From assembly GCF_000341395.1 (NCBI RefSeq), contig NC_020304.1, forward strand, positions 2,760,001 to 2,792,000: DNA of 32,000 nt. The letters run 5' to 3'. Under the pieces are notes generated by a model. That model did no database searches and had not been told where the DNA came from. It saw nothing but the letters and a program-made list of their open reading frames with translations. Source of the DNA: Desulfocapsa sulfexigens DSM 10523 (GTDB lineage: Bacteria; Desulfobacterota; Desulfobulbia; Desulfobulbales; Desulfocapsaceae). This document shows, piece by piece, positions 19,035 through 28,167 of this stretch (position 1 is the first letter of the stretch; every line of letters begins with the position of its first letter). A program made the translations under genes and the position numbers.

Positions 19035-20519
19035 TTATTTTGACTCGTATAGTTTTGCCACATCTCTCAAGCGTTTGACTACACGTTCCTGACCAATGGT
19101 AACCAGAATGTCAAACATTGAAGGGCCTGCAAGCTGACCAGTAACAACCGTGCGCATACCGTTTATGATAATTCCCGGTTTGATATCCAGTTCCGTTGCA
19201 AAATCCCTGGCTGTTTCTTCGGTGGTTTCAAGGTTGAAGTCATCGAGTGCTTCATAGCGGGCAGCAAGCATGGGCAACCATCGCTTCAATTCTTCATATT
19301 TAAGAACGTTTTTCTTCAGTGGTTTTTCTTCAACGGGAAATTCGTCTGAGAAATAGGCCCTGCCAAGGTCAGCAAAATCTGTCAGGAGGTGGAACCTGTC
19401 CCTGATCAGATCAAGGGTCTCTGTGAACCATACTTTTTTCTCCGATTCGTAGGCATCATCCCACAGGCCTTCTTTTTCAAGGAACGGCTTGACCATCACG
19501 GCTATTTCTTCAATGGGCAGGGTGCGTAGATAGTGCTCATTGATGGCGATGGCCTTGGGATCGGTGATAAATTTACTGTCTCCCTTGCGATAATTGAAAA
19601 TGGAGTTGGATTTGTTGATGCGCTCAAGGGTGAAGGCCTCTATCATCTCTTCCCTTGAAAAAATCTCGGTGTCATTGCCGGATGACCAGCCCAGCAGGAC
19701 CAGAAAGTTTGATAATGCCCATGGAATAAAACCATGTTTTTCATAAAACTGTACAGCGACGATTTCACCATGACTGCGTTTGGAAATCTTGGCTTTTTTC
19801 AGGTCCAGAGTTAGCGGCATATGGGCAAAAACGGGAATTGGGGCGTCAAGCGCCTCATATAACAGCACCTGGCGCAAAGTGTTGGTCATATGGTCCTGGC
19901 CACGGATAATATGAGTAATTCTATCCCGGATATCATCCACCACGTTACAGAGAAGATACAGCGGCTTGCCGGTTGAACGCACGATAACAAAGTCTTCAAT
20001 TTCACTGTATTTTGCTTTTATTTCTCCGAGAACCTTGTCTTCGTAGCTCAGTATACCGTCGCGTTTGGGAACCTTGAACCGTACAACAAAGGGGAGTCCG
20101 GCTGCCTCTTTTGCAGCTACCTCTTCACTTTTCAGGTTCCTGCAGGTTCCATCGTAACCATAGGCAGATTTGTTTGCCTGTGCCGTCTGACGCTTGTTTT
20201 CCAGTTCCTCTTTCGTGCAGAAACATTTGTAAGCCTTGCCCTCATCGAGCATTCTTTTGGCAGAAGCCACATGGTCAGCATCAAAATCAGTCTGGAAATA
20301 GGGGCCTTCATCCCAGTTAATTCCAAGCCACTCCAGTCCATCAATAATACCCTGAATAGATTCCTTGGTTGAGCGGTCAGCATCGGTGTCTTCAATACGT
20401 AGAATAAGTTTTCCGCCAGTTTTTTTTGCATAGAGCCAATTGTAAAGTGCGGTTCTTGCACCTCCTATGTGGAGGTATCCTGTCGGGCTGGGGGGAAAAC
20501 GTAAGCGTGTTTCAGTCAT
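19035..20519 (-). CDS. gltX: Glutamyl-tRNA synthetase
   Basis: [50 protein letters not shown]-type region, KISKRSHGE (KMSKS-like) motif. Confidence 0.97.
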   Translation of the reverse strand: MTETRLRFPPSPTGYLHIGGARTALYNWLYAKKTGGKLILRIEDTDADRSTKESIQGIIDGLEWLGINWDEGPYFQTDFDADHVASAKRMLDEGKAYKCFCTKEELENKRQTAQANKSAYGYDGTCRNLKSEEVAAKEAAGLPFVVRFKVPKRDGILSYEDKVLGEIKAKYSEIEDFVIVRSTGKPLYLLCNVVDDIRDRITHIIRGQDHMTNTLRQVLLYEALDAPIPVFAHMPLTLDLKKAKISKRSHGEIVAVQFYEKHGFIPWALSNFLVLLGWSSGNDTEIFSREEMIEAFTLERINKSNSIFNYRKGDSKFITDPKAIAINEHYLRTLPIEEIAVMVKPFLEKEGLWDDAYESEKKVWFTETLDLIRDRFHLLTDFADLGRAYFSDEFPVEEKPLKKNVLKYEELKRWLPMLAARYEALDDFNLETTEETARDFATELDIKPGIIINGMRTVVTGQLAGPSMFDILVTIGQERVVKRLRDVAKLYESK

Positions 20520-20656
20520 GGAAAAACCTTATCATTATTTATTTTTTATTGGTGTGAATTTGTTTTTATTGATCGGGATAAACGTAATATGCCTGATGTA
20601 TATCGTTTTCAAACACTTTGTTCAATAGCTATTGATTCTGAAATGGAGATTTACCG

Positions 20657-20764
20657 ATGGTGGTTGTGGCTGAAGCTGAGATGTTTTTGGTTGTTCTCTT
20701 GGTTCGAACTCGTTATAGTTCGCCTTTTTTAGCAACTTTAACCAACAGGTCTGTTGCTGCCTAA
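20657..20764 (+). CDS. Possible 35-aa leader ORF upstream of serA: MVVVAEAEMFLVVLLVRTRYSSPFLATLTNRSVAA
   Basis: GGAG at 20645-20648 sits 8 nt before ATG. The frame is open for 35 sense codons and ends in TAA. It is below the supplied ORF length threshold. Confidence 0.3.
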   Translation: MVVVAEAEMFLVVLLVRTRYSSPFLATLTNRSVAA

Positions 20765-20835
20765 AAGTGAGTATAAATTGTCATATGTGGATCGTATATT
20801 CAAAGAGAATTTCAGGGTAGAAAGAAGGAGTGAAG

Positions 20836-22422
20836 ATGAAAGTATTAATTAGTGACAGCATGTCTCCGTTGGGAGAGAAAATCCTGACCGATGCAGGGCT
20901 TGAAGTAGATGTGAAAACCGGACTTACACCGGATGAGTTGAAAGAGGTTATTGGTGAGTATGATGGACTCGTTGTTAGAAGTGCTACCAAGGCTACTGCA
21001 GAAATAATCGATGCTGCTGAAAATCTGAAAGTTATTGGTCGCGCCGGCATAGGACTCGATAATGTGGACATTCCTGCAGCAAGCCAGAAGGGCATTGTGG
21101 TAATGAATGCACCCGATGGTAATGCTACCACCGCGGCCGAACATGCTATCGGTATGATGATGTCCCTGTCGCGTAATATTCCTCAGGCTACTGCTTCCAT
21201 GAAGGAAGGGAAGTGGGAGAAAAAGAGCTTTATGGGACGTGAGCTCACTGGAAAAACACTGGGTATCTTTGGCATTGGCCGTATTGGTGCCATTGCAGCC
21301 AATCGTGCCCAGGGGCTCAAAATGAAGGTGATTGCATATGATCCTCATATGCCCAAAGAGATGGTGGATAAACTTGGAGTAGAACTGGTCAGTGTTGAAG
21401 AGCTTGCTAAACGTGCTGATTATATCACTGTTCATGTACCACTTACTAAGGAAACTGCCAATGCTCTTTCCACCGAGTTTTTCACCAACATGAAAAAAGA
21501 CGCCATGTTCATTGATTGTGCCCGTGGTGGAGTGTGTGATGAAGAGGCGTTGTATAAGGCGCTGGTAGATGGTGAGATTGCAGGGGCTGCCCTTGATGTA
21601 TTTGCTCAGGAACCAACTACTAAGGAAAACTGCCCCTTGCTTGGTTTGAAAAATTTTATCTGCACGCCACATCTTGGGGCATCGACTACAGAGGCCCAGG
21701 AAAATGTTGCCACAGCTATTGCTGCACAGGTGGCAGAGTATCTGACCAAGGGAGTGGTTGTCAATGCGGTCAATGTTCCATCCGTTAGTGACGACGTTCT
21801 GGCCCAGGTCGGCCCTTATATTAATCTGGGTGAAATGCTCGGTTCTCTTCATATGCAAATCGCAAAGGGTGGAGTCGAGGAAGTATCGATTGAATATTCG
21901 GGAGAGCTTGCAGAACTCAATACCAGCCCCGTTACCGTTGCTTTTCTGAAAGGTCTGTTTACTCCGATCCTCAAAGATGCAGTGAACTATGTGAATGCTC
22001 CTGTGATTGCCAGAGATCGCGGTATACGTGTGATTGAGTCCAGAAGCGACAGTTCAAGTGACTTTGTCAATGTGCTTCGTATTAAAGTTGTAACCAATGA
22101 GGGAGAGAATGTACTTGTCGGCACCGTTTTTGGAAAAAACGAGCCTCGCCTGGTACGTTTGAATACCTTCCGCCTTGAAGCCCAGGCTGCAGGGCCAATG
22201 CTTTTGGTTTATAATAACGACGTTCCAGGTGTCATTGGTGCGCTCGGCACAATACTTGGCAAAAATGGTGTTAATATTTCGCGGATGACAGTGGGACGCG
22301 AAGATGCTTCGAGTCAAAACATTATTCTCTGCAGTACCGATTCTGTTATTTCAAAGGAATTGTTGGAAGAAGTGAAGCAGCTGGATAATATTGATGATGC
22401 TCTGGCTCTGGAACTTGTCTAA
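20836..22422 (+). CDS. serA: D-3-phosphoglycerate dehydrogenase
   Basis: MKVLISDSMSPLGEKIL, GRAGIGLDNVDIPAASQKGIVVMNAPDGN, GKTLGIFGIGRIG, ASTTEAQENVA, C-terminal ACT domain (NNDVPGVIGALGTILGKNGVNISRM). AAGGAG at 20825-20830 supports ATG at 20836. Confidence 0.97.
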   Translation: MKVLISDSMSPLGEKILTDAGLEVDVKTGLTPDELKEVIGEYDGLVVRSATKATAEIIDAAENLKVIGRAGIGLDNVDIPAASQKGIVVMNAPDGNATTAAEHAIGMMMSLSRNIPQATASMKEGKWEKKSFMGRELTGKTLGIFGIGRIGAIAANRAQGLKMKVIAYDPHMPKEMVDKLGVELVSVEELAKRADYITVHVPLTKETANALSTEFFTNMKKDAMFIDCARGGVCDEEALYKALVDGEIAGAALDVFAQEPTTKENCPLLGLKNFICTPHLGASTTEAQENVATAIAAQVAEYLTKGVVVNAVNVPSVSDDVLAQVGPYINLGEMLGSLHMQIAKGGVEEVSIEYSGELAELNTSPVTVAFLKGLFTPILKDAVNYVNAPVIARDRGIRVIESRSDSSSDFVNVLRIKVVTNEGENVLVGTVFGKNEPRLVRLNTFRLEAQAAGPMLLVYNNDVPGVIGALGTILGKNGVNISRMTVGREDASSQNIILCSTDSVISKELLEEVKQLDNIDDALALELV

Positions 22423-22462
22423 CTGATTTCACTATGTAGTGAGTTGCCGAAAGTTGAAAAAT

Positions 22463-22486
22463 CCGGGGTGCGAGCCCCGGTTTTTT
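22463..22486 (+). terminator. Rho-independent terminator downstream of serA
   Basis: CCGGGG tgcgag CCCCGG followed by TTTTTT. Confidence 0.92.
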
Positions 22487-22520
22487 CCTGTGTAATGTAT
22501 TTCTTTTACAAGAGGATTTT

Positions 22521-22856
22521 ATGACTTCTGAATTTGAGCAGGGCTGTCCCTGCGGTGACGGAAAAGTACCAAATCAGGAAGGGAAATGTGTTATGCCTGA
22601 GGTTACTTTCATGGCCCTTGTCATGTCTTTGAATTCTTCGGCCCTGTTTCATCTTGGAGAAATTGCAAATCCCGAAACCGGAGAAAAGCTGGTTGATTTC
22701 TCCCTTGCACGTCATGCCATAGATACTCTGATGTTGCTGCAGGAGAAGACCAGAGGGAACCTGGATGCTGATGAAACGGAAATGTTGAAAAATATTCTCT
22801 ACGATGTGAAAATTCGTTTTGTTCAGGTAGTAAAAGATAAGAAAATGGCAGCATAA
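22521..22856 (+). CDS. DUF1844 domain protein
   Basis: EVTFMALVMSLNSSALFHLGEIANPETGEKLVDFSLARHAIDTLMLLQEKTRGNLDADETEMLKNILYDVKIRFVQ matches the DUF1844 pattern. Confidence 0.85.
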   Translation: MTSEFEQGCPCGDGKVPNQEGKCVMPEVTFMALVMSLNSSALFHLGEIANPETGEKLVDFSLARHAIDTLMLLQEKTRGNLDADETEMLKNILYDVKIRFVQVVKDKKMAA

Positions 22857-22876
22857 CTTTTACGATCTGTTTGAAA

Positions 22877-23773
22877 ATGAAAGGATTCACTGAAACAGTC
22901 GTCATTAAGCCTCCTGCAAAAGTTAACCTGAGTCTGCACATCATTGGGAAGCGCTCGGATGGATACCATGATCTGGATTCTGTGATGCAGAAAATCGATC
23001 TTACTGACACTTTGACTCTTTCTCGTTGTGATGAGCCGGGAGTGCAGCTTTACTGCCCTGGATCCGATGTTCCTGAGGATGAGTCTAATCTGGTATGGAA
23101 GGCAGCACTCCTTTTTTTGAAAGAAGCAGGACTTGAAGATTCGTGTGGAGTCTCGATTGTCCTTGAAAAGAATATTCCCATCGCTGCCGGCCTTGGCGGA
23201 GGGAGCAGCGATGCCGGCTGTCTGCTCACTGCTATGAATCGATTGCTGCAGGCAGGGTTTAGCCAGGAGGTGTTACTTCGACTGGCGAAATCATTGGGTG
23301 CTGATGTTCCGTTCTTTGTTGTGCCTCATTCAGCAGTGCGGGCCACGGGAATTGGAGATAGAATGAAAGAACAGGAATCGCTTAGAGACTGTTCACTCCT
23401 TCTGGTAAATCCCGGTTTTTCTGTCTCCACAGCCTGGGTTTATGAAAATTATACATTGACAAGGATGGATAAAGATTCTAGATTGTCTGATCCTCGTGAA
23501 AAAGGTAGCAGGAGTGGATTTGTGTATCCATTGCACAACGATCTGGAAGCTGTAACGATTAAGCGATATCCGGAAATTGAGACTATCAAACGCTTTATGC
23601 TTGATAATGGGGCTTCATCTGCTCTGATGTCGGGGAGCGGCCCGACTGTTTTCGGCGTTTTCCCAGATTTGATCGACGCGGAAAATGATCGTTTGCATAA
23701 ATGTGCAGCAGAATTTAAAAGAAAATATGGGAAGGGTGTTTTTGTTACTCGACCTGTTATAAATGGGGTGTAG
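22877..23773 (+). CDS. ispE: 4-diphosphocytidyl-2-C-methyl-D-erythritol kinase; TTG at 22871 is an alternative start
   Basis: KPPAKVNLSLHIIGKRSDGYHDLDSVMQ, KNIPIAAGLGGGSSDAGCLLTAMN, GASSALMSGSGPTVFGVF. Confidence 0.96.
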   Translation: MKGFTETVVIKPPAKVNLSLHIIGKRSDGYHDLDSVMQKIDLTDTLTLSRCDEPGVQLYCPGSDVPEDESNLVWKAALLFLKEAGLEDSCGVSIVLEKNIPIAAGLGGGSSDAGCLLTAMNRLLQAGFSQEVLLRLAKSLGADVPFFVVPHSAVRATGIGDRMKEQESLRDCSLLLVNPGFSVSTAWVYENYTLTRMDKDSRLSDPREKGSRSGFVYPLHNDLEAVTIKRYPEIETIKRFMLDNGASSALMSGSGPTVFGVFPDLIDAENDRLHKCAAEFKRKYGKGVFVTRPVINGV

Positions 23774-23839
23774 CCAAGCGGTTAAGGCACCAGGTTTTGA
23801 TCCTGGCATGCGGAGGTTCGAATCCTCCCACCCCAGCCA
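23764..23839 (+). tRNA. tRNA-Gln (anticodon TTG)
   Basis: Acceptor TGGGGTG (23764-70) pairs with CACCCCA (23829-35), discriminator G, encoded CCA (23837-39). D stem GCC/GGC, anticodon stem CCAGG/CCTGG with loop TTTTGAT (TTG at 23797-99), T arm GGAGG TTCGAAT CCTCC. Confidence 0.95.
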
Positions 23840-23964
23840 TATTGTCCGAGCAGTTTTCTCAGACAATTATGTATTGTACTGATACCGGCTTACTTACCGT
23901 TTATCGCCGGTGTTAGAGTTAAAAACGGAAAAAATTTCAAACAATCGTACCGAGACCAAGAATT

Positions 23965-24903
23965 ATGCCAAATATTATCAAAGTCTTTTCTGGAAATGCT
24001 AATCCTGTAATGGCCCGGGAGATTACTGATTTTCTGAATATACCACTTTCTGAAGCGGAGGTGAAACAGTTCAGCGATGGTGAGATTTTCGTAGAAATAA
24101 AAGAAAATGTTCGTGGTGCGGATGTTTTTGTCGTTCAGCCAACCTGTACTCCGGTGAACGATAATCTTATGGAACTGGTAATTATGGTTGATGCCTTAAG
24201 GCGGGCATCAGCAAGAAGAATTACAGCTGTTGTTCCCTATTACGGGTATGCCAGGCAGGATCGAAAAGTAGCTCCAAGGGTTCCGATTTCAGCAAAAGTT
24301 GTTGCCGAAATGTTTATGGCAGTTGGAGTTCGCAGGGTTTTAAGTATGGATCTTCATGCTGGACAGATTCAGGGGTTTTTCAATATTCCTGTCGATCATC
24401 TCTATGCAGCTCCAGTCATTCTGGAATACATAAAGGATAAATTTTCCGACGTGGTTATGGTGTCCCCCGACGCTGGTGGTGTAGAACGAACCCGTGCCTT
24501 TGCCAAGCGTCTCAATGCCGGGCTTGCTATTATAGATAAGAGACGAGATCGTCCCAATGAATGTGAGGCAATGCATGTTATTGGTGATGTGAAAGGAAAA
24601 ACAGCCATTTTATTGGATGATATGGTGGATACTGCCGGAACGCTTTGTAACGGAGCTGCCACATTAATGAAGCATGGTGCAAAAGAAGTACATGCCTGCT
24701 GCTCACACCCTGTGCTATCAGGGCCTGCAGTTGAGCGATTAACAAACTCAGTAATCAGTTCCCTGGTTGTAACCAATTCGATTCCTTTGCGTGGTGATGC
24801 TTTGCAATGTGAAAAGATTAAGGTACTGTCTGTGTCCAAGCTTCTCGCAGATGCCATTGACTGTATCCATACTGAAGGATCCATTAGTTCGTTATTTGTC
24901 TGA
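23965..24903 (+). CDS. prs: Ribose-phosphate pyrophosphokinase
   Basis: [99 protein letters not shown]. Confidence 0.98.
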   Translation: MPNIIKVFSGNANPVMAREITDFLNIPLSEAEVKQFSDGEIFVEIKENVRGADVFVVQPTCTPVNDNLMELVIMVDALRRASARRITAVVPYYGYARQDRKVAPRVPISAKVVAEMFMAVGVRRVLSMDLHAGQIQGFFNIPVDHLYAAPVILEYIKDKFSDVVMVSPDAGGVERTRAFAKRLNAGLAIIDKRRDRPNECEAMHVIGDVKGKTAILLDDMVDTAGTLCNGAATLMKHGAKEVHACCSHPVLSGPAVERLTNSVISSLVVTNSIPLRGDALQCEKIKVLSVSKLLADAIDCIHTEGSISSLFV

Positions 24904-24983
24904 CCGATTATATAATTTGAATATTTTGAGATAAATCCTGGCTATCGTACTGAAACGATTGAGTCAGGGCCAAGGAGGAACAT

Positions 24984-25604
24984 ATGCTTCAAGTAGAGAT
25001 GTCTGCTTCAAAGAGAGACGATTTTGGTAAATGTGCCATGCGCCGCTTGCGTAAAAGCGGCAACACCCCTGCTGTACTTTACGGAAACAATAAGGAAGCT
25101 TCAGCGTTACAGTTTGAGACTACTTCTTTTTTGAAAGGCTTGTTTAAGATCAGTCGTAAAAATGCAGTGGTAAATCTCACTGTCAATGGTAGTGATACCC
25201 GTCATGCCATGGTGAGGGATCTCCAGACCGATCCTGTGAATGATAGCCTTATTCATGTGGATTTTCTCGAAATTGATCTTGCTGTTCCAAGGCGCTTTAC
25301 TGTGCCAATCACATTTGTAGGAAAAGCCAAAGGACTTGAGTTCGGTGGTGATCTTGTGGTTCACAGTTCCTCTGTTCAGGTAACTGGACTTCCACTGGAT
25401 ATTCCAGACACAATCAATGTTGGTATGACCAATCTTGGCATTGGTGAATCCATTAAATTTTCAGATATTGAAATTCCAGAAAATTTAAAAATGGTAACTA
25501 AGGCTTCTACTGTTTGCGTGGAAATTGTTGCAACTGCGAAATCTGCAGAGGCCGCTGCTGCAGCTGCTAAGAAACCTGCAAAAGGAAAGGCTGCAAAAAA
25601 ATAA
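24984..25604 (+). CDS. rplY: 50S ribosomal protein L25 / general stress protein Ctc (long form)
   Basis: GNTPAVLYGNNKEASALQ, DSLIHVDFLEIDL, PLDIPDTINVGMTNLGIGESIKFSDIEIPENLKMVTKASTVCVEI, then an Ala/Lys tail. Confidence 0.92.
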   Translation: MLQVEMSASKRDDFGKCAMRRLRKSGNTPAVLYGNNKEASALQFETTSFLKGLFKISRKNAVVNLTVNGSDTRHAMVRDLQTDPVNDSLIHVDFLEIDLAVPRRFTVPITFVGKAKGLEFGGDLVVHSSSVQVTGLPLDIPDTINVGMTNLGIGESIKFSDIEIPENLKMVTKASTVCVEIVATAKSAEAAAAAAKKPAKGKAAKK

Positions 25605-25698
25605 ATAGTGTAAATAAGTCATTCAAGGCAACACCTGAATGACGAGGGTTCTCTCATTGTTCTTGAAGATGGAGGCCTGGAGATTGTTTTGTCTGTAT

Positions 25699-25738
25699 CC
25701 GGAAAGGACCTCTAGTGAGGGACTTTCCGGTTTTTTTT
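25699..25738 (+). terminator. Rho-independent terminator downstream of rplY
   Basis: CCGGAAAG (25699-25706) pairs with CTTTCCGG (25723-25730), followed by eight T residues. Confidence 0.9.
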
Positions 25739-25824
25739 GTGGGGAATCAACAGATTACCAATGGTGTACCATGTACAACTGGTTCGCATCTTTTTTAGGG
25801 AAATTTGGACATTTAAGAGAAACA

Positions 25825-26418
25825 GTGGCGGAAGAAACATATCTGATAGTTGGTTTAGGAAATCCAGGTGCGAAATATGAAAGCACCAGGCATAACGTTG
25901 GATTCCGTATTGTTGAGGCCATTGCCCGAAGTGAGGGTGGTTCATTAGATTTGTACAAGTGGGATTCTCATTTTTGTCAAATGTCGCTTTGGGGTGCTCG
26001 GATATTTTTTGTCGAGCCACAGACATTTATGAACCTTTCCGGTAAATCAATTTCCCGTTTTGTCGAGTATTTTAAAATAAGTGCTGACCATATTCTTGTC
26101 GTTCATGATGATATTGATATGCATCCTGGGCGTGTCAAGCTTGTGTCAGGGGGTGGGCCAGGCGGTCATAACGGAATTCGTTCACTAATTCAGTGTCTTG
26201 GGACCAGGGACTTCTTTCGACTCAAATATGGCGTTGGGAGGCCAGGGCGTGATGGCGTTCACCCTGACATGCCGGTTGAACGGTTTGTTCTTGCTTCTTT
26301 TAATCACGATGAGGAAATGTTATTGGCGGAAAGAATGACTTCTCTTGCTGATGGTGTTCGTGAATTTGTGACTACGGGAAGCCAGCAGGCCATGAATGTT
26401 CTTAATGTGATCAAGTGA
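25825..26418 (+). CDS. pth: Peptidyl-tRNA hydrolase, likely GTG start
   Basis: YLIVGLGNPGAKYESTRHNVGF, FVEPQTFMNLSGKS, VVHDDIDMHPGRVKLVSGGGPGGHNGIRS. The tracked start at 25639 would place a terminator inside the CDS. GTG at 25825 has AAGAGA upstream. Confidence 0.93.
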   Translation: MAEETYLIVGLGNPGAKYESTRHNVGFRIVEAIARSEGGSLDLYKWDSHFCQMSLWGARIFFVEPQTFMNLSGKSISRFVEYFKISADHILVVHDDIDMHPGRVKLVSGGGPGGHNGIRSLIQCLGTRDFFRLKYGVGRPGRDGVHPDMPVERFVLASFNHDEEMLLAERMTSLADGVREFVTTGSQQAMNVLNVIK

Positions 26419-26638
26419 CGCCTCGGCTTTCCCTAACTAACGGTTTTTTGAAGCGTATTTCTTGAAAATGTGGTATGCTTGGTTATTGTTATTGTTCTTT
26501 TCGGATCTGCTTTACGGTCTTAAGACAGCAATACTGTCTCAGGCAGGTAATTGGAATATCCAACGAAAATGTTTATATCAGGCATTCTCAGTTCCTGTAA
26601 ATGCATGCCAAACCCCGATGTTATCCTAGGAGGTTGCT

Positions 26639-27118
26639 TTGTTTATACAAGGTGATATGGCCGTTTATCCGGCTCATGGTGTAGGTATTATCGAAGCTAT
26701 TGAAAGTCAGACAATTGCGGGTGTCGACCAGGATTTTTATGTCATGAAGATACTAGACAATGATATGAAAATTATGATACCGACTGCCAGTAGTGACAAT
26801 GTCGGGCTTCGCGCTATAATCAGTAAAAAAGAGGTCGAAGCAGTCCTTCACATTCTGCGTGATCGTGATGCAGAGATAGGGTCTCAAACATGGAATCGAC
26901 GTTATAGGGATTACATGGAAAAGATCAAGACCGGTTCTATCCACGAAGTTGCTGCAGTCCTTAGGGATCTCTATCTGCTCAGTGTTGATAAAGATCTTTC
27001 CTATGGGGAACGAAAGATGATGGATACAGCAAAAAGTCTACTGGTCACTGAAATCTCCCTTGCCCGTAAAGTTGATGAATCCAAAATTGAAACGTTGATT
27101 GATGATATGTTCAATTAA
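26639..27118 (+). CDS. CarD-family (CarD/CdnL-like) transcriptional regulator, TTG start
   Basis: FIQGDMAVYPAHGVGIIEAIESQTIAGVDQDFYVMKI, all-helical C-terminal region. TAGGAGG at 26627-26633, 5 nt from TTG. Confidence 0.88.
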   Translation: MFIQGDMAVYPAHGVGIIEAIESQTIAGVDQDFYVMKILDNDMKIMIPTASSDNVGLRAIISKKEVEAVLHILRDRDAEIGSQTWNRRYRDYMEKIKTGSIHEVAAVLRDLYLLSVDKDLSYGERKMMDTAKSLLVTEISLARKVDESKIETLIDDMFN

Positions 27119-27177
27119 CTTCATTGCCTCAGTCCTCTTTGCTTATAAAGTGATCTTCTTCTCCATGGCATTTCGTC

Positions 27178-28167
27178 ATGACTTTTCAGACCATAGATAA
27201 TTCCCGGCCTGCTGGTTCTGCTGGTGCGATTGATTTACAGGTTTCAGCAGAATTTGCAGGGTATAGATTCGACCATTTTCTGGTGCAGTTGATCCCTGAG
27301 GCTTCAAGGAACAATCTGAATCAGGCAATTCGTCTGGGATTGCTTCTTGTTGACGGAAAGAACAAAAAAAGCAGTTACAAGTTGAAGGTCGGAGAACAGA
27401 TCAGTGGCTCTCTCTTTGAGGCCGAGCCTTTGACGCTTGCCCCCCAAAATATTCCCTTTGACCTCCTGTATGAAGATGATTCTCTTCTCATTGTTTCAAA
27501 ACCACCAGGCATTGTCGTTCATCCCGCAGTTGGCAATCCTGATGGTACTCTTGTCAACGGTTTACTTTATCATTGTCAGGAAATTGCTGATGTCGGGGAT
27601 ACAATTCGCCCTGGTATAGTACATCGTCTCGACAAAGACACTTCCGGTATCATGGTGGTAGCTAAAACTGCTCAGTGTCATAGGCTGCTCGGTGAGGCTT
27701 TTAAAGAACGAACTGTTGAAAAAAAGTATCTTGCCCTGGTTTTTGGTGTTCTGTCGCAACGCTCAGGGCGTATAGTTGCCCCGATCGCCAGACATCCTCT
27801 GCAGCGCCAGAAGATGGCAGTGTGTGAAGAAGGTAGAGGTCGTTATGCAGCGAGTAGTTGGCGGGTTCTTGAAGAATATTCCGAAGGTTGCAGTCTTGTT
27901 CAGGTTCTTATTGAAACTGGGCGAACCCATCAGATACGTGTTCATATGGCTTCACTTGGACATCCGGTGGCTGGGGATAGTCTGTATGGGCGTGCCAGAA
28001 ATACCCGGCAATATCCCCGGCAAATGCTTCATGCTCATAGCTTAAGTCTTGTTCACCCCATAAGCGGAGTACCACTTTCATTTACAGCGCCACTGTGGCC
28101 TGATTTTCTCGAGATTGTTGAGCAACTTCGCGGCCATGCCCATGAGATTCTCGGTATGATCTCTTGA
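27178..28167 (+). CDS. Ribosomal large subunit pseudouridine synthase, RluD/RluA family
   Basis: N-terminal S4-like domain, GIVVHPAVGNPDGTLVNGLLYH, PGIVHRLDKDTSGIMVVAKT, LIETGRTHQIRVHMASLGHPVAGDSLYG. Confidence 0.94.
   Translation: MTFQTIDNSRPAGSAGAIDLQVSAEFAGYRFDHFLVQLIPEASRNNLNQAIRLGLLLVDGKNKKSSYKLKVGEQISGSLFEAEPLTLAPQNIPFDLLYEDDSLLIVSKPPGIVVHPAVGNPDGTLVNGLLYHCQEIADVGDTIRPGIVHRLDKDTSGIMVVAKTAQCHRLLGEAFKERTVEKKYLALVFGVLSQRSGRIVAPIARHPLQRQKMAVCEEGRGRYAASSWRVLEEYSEGCSLVQVLIETGRTHQIRVHMASLGHPVAGDSLYGRARNTRQYPRQMLHAHSLSLVHPISGVPLSFTAPLWPDFLEIVEQLRGHAHEILGMIS

Noticed and set aside
20701-20730. Listing the GGTTCGAAC...GTTCGCC + T6 hairpin as a real terminator
   Set aside because: Only about 5 continuous base pairs plus 2 across a bulge. 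Too weak to annotate; kept only as part of the serA leader hypothesis.
20845-21858. 337-aa minus-strand ORF antisense to serA
   Set aside because: It lies wholly within a clearly conserved serA on the opposite strand. Its composition and lack of recognisable motifs fit a shadow ORF in a codon-biased gene.
24911-24916. TATAAT as the rplY promoter -10 box
   Set aside because: The hexamer is perfect, but there is no convincing -35 element at 16-18 nt upstream, so I do not list it as a supported promoter.
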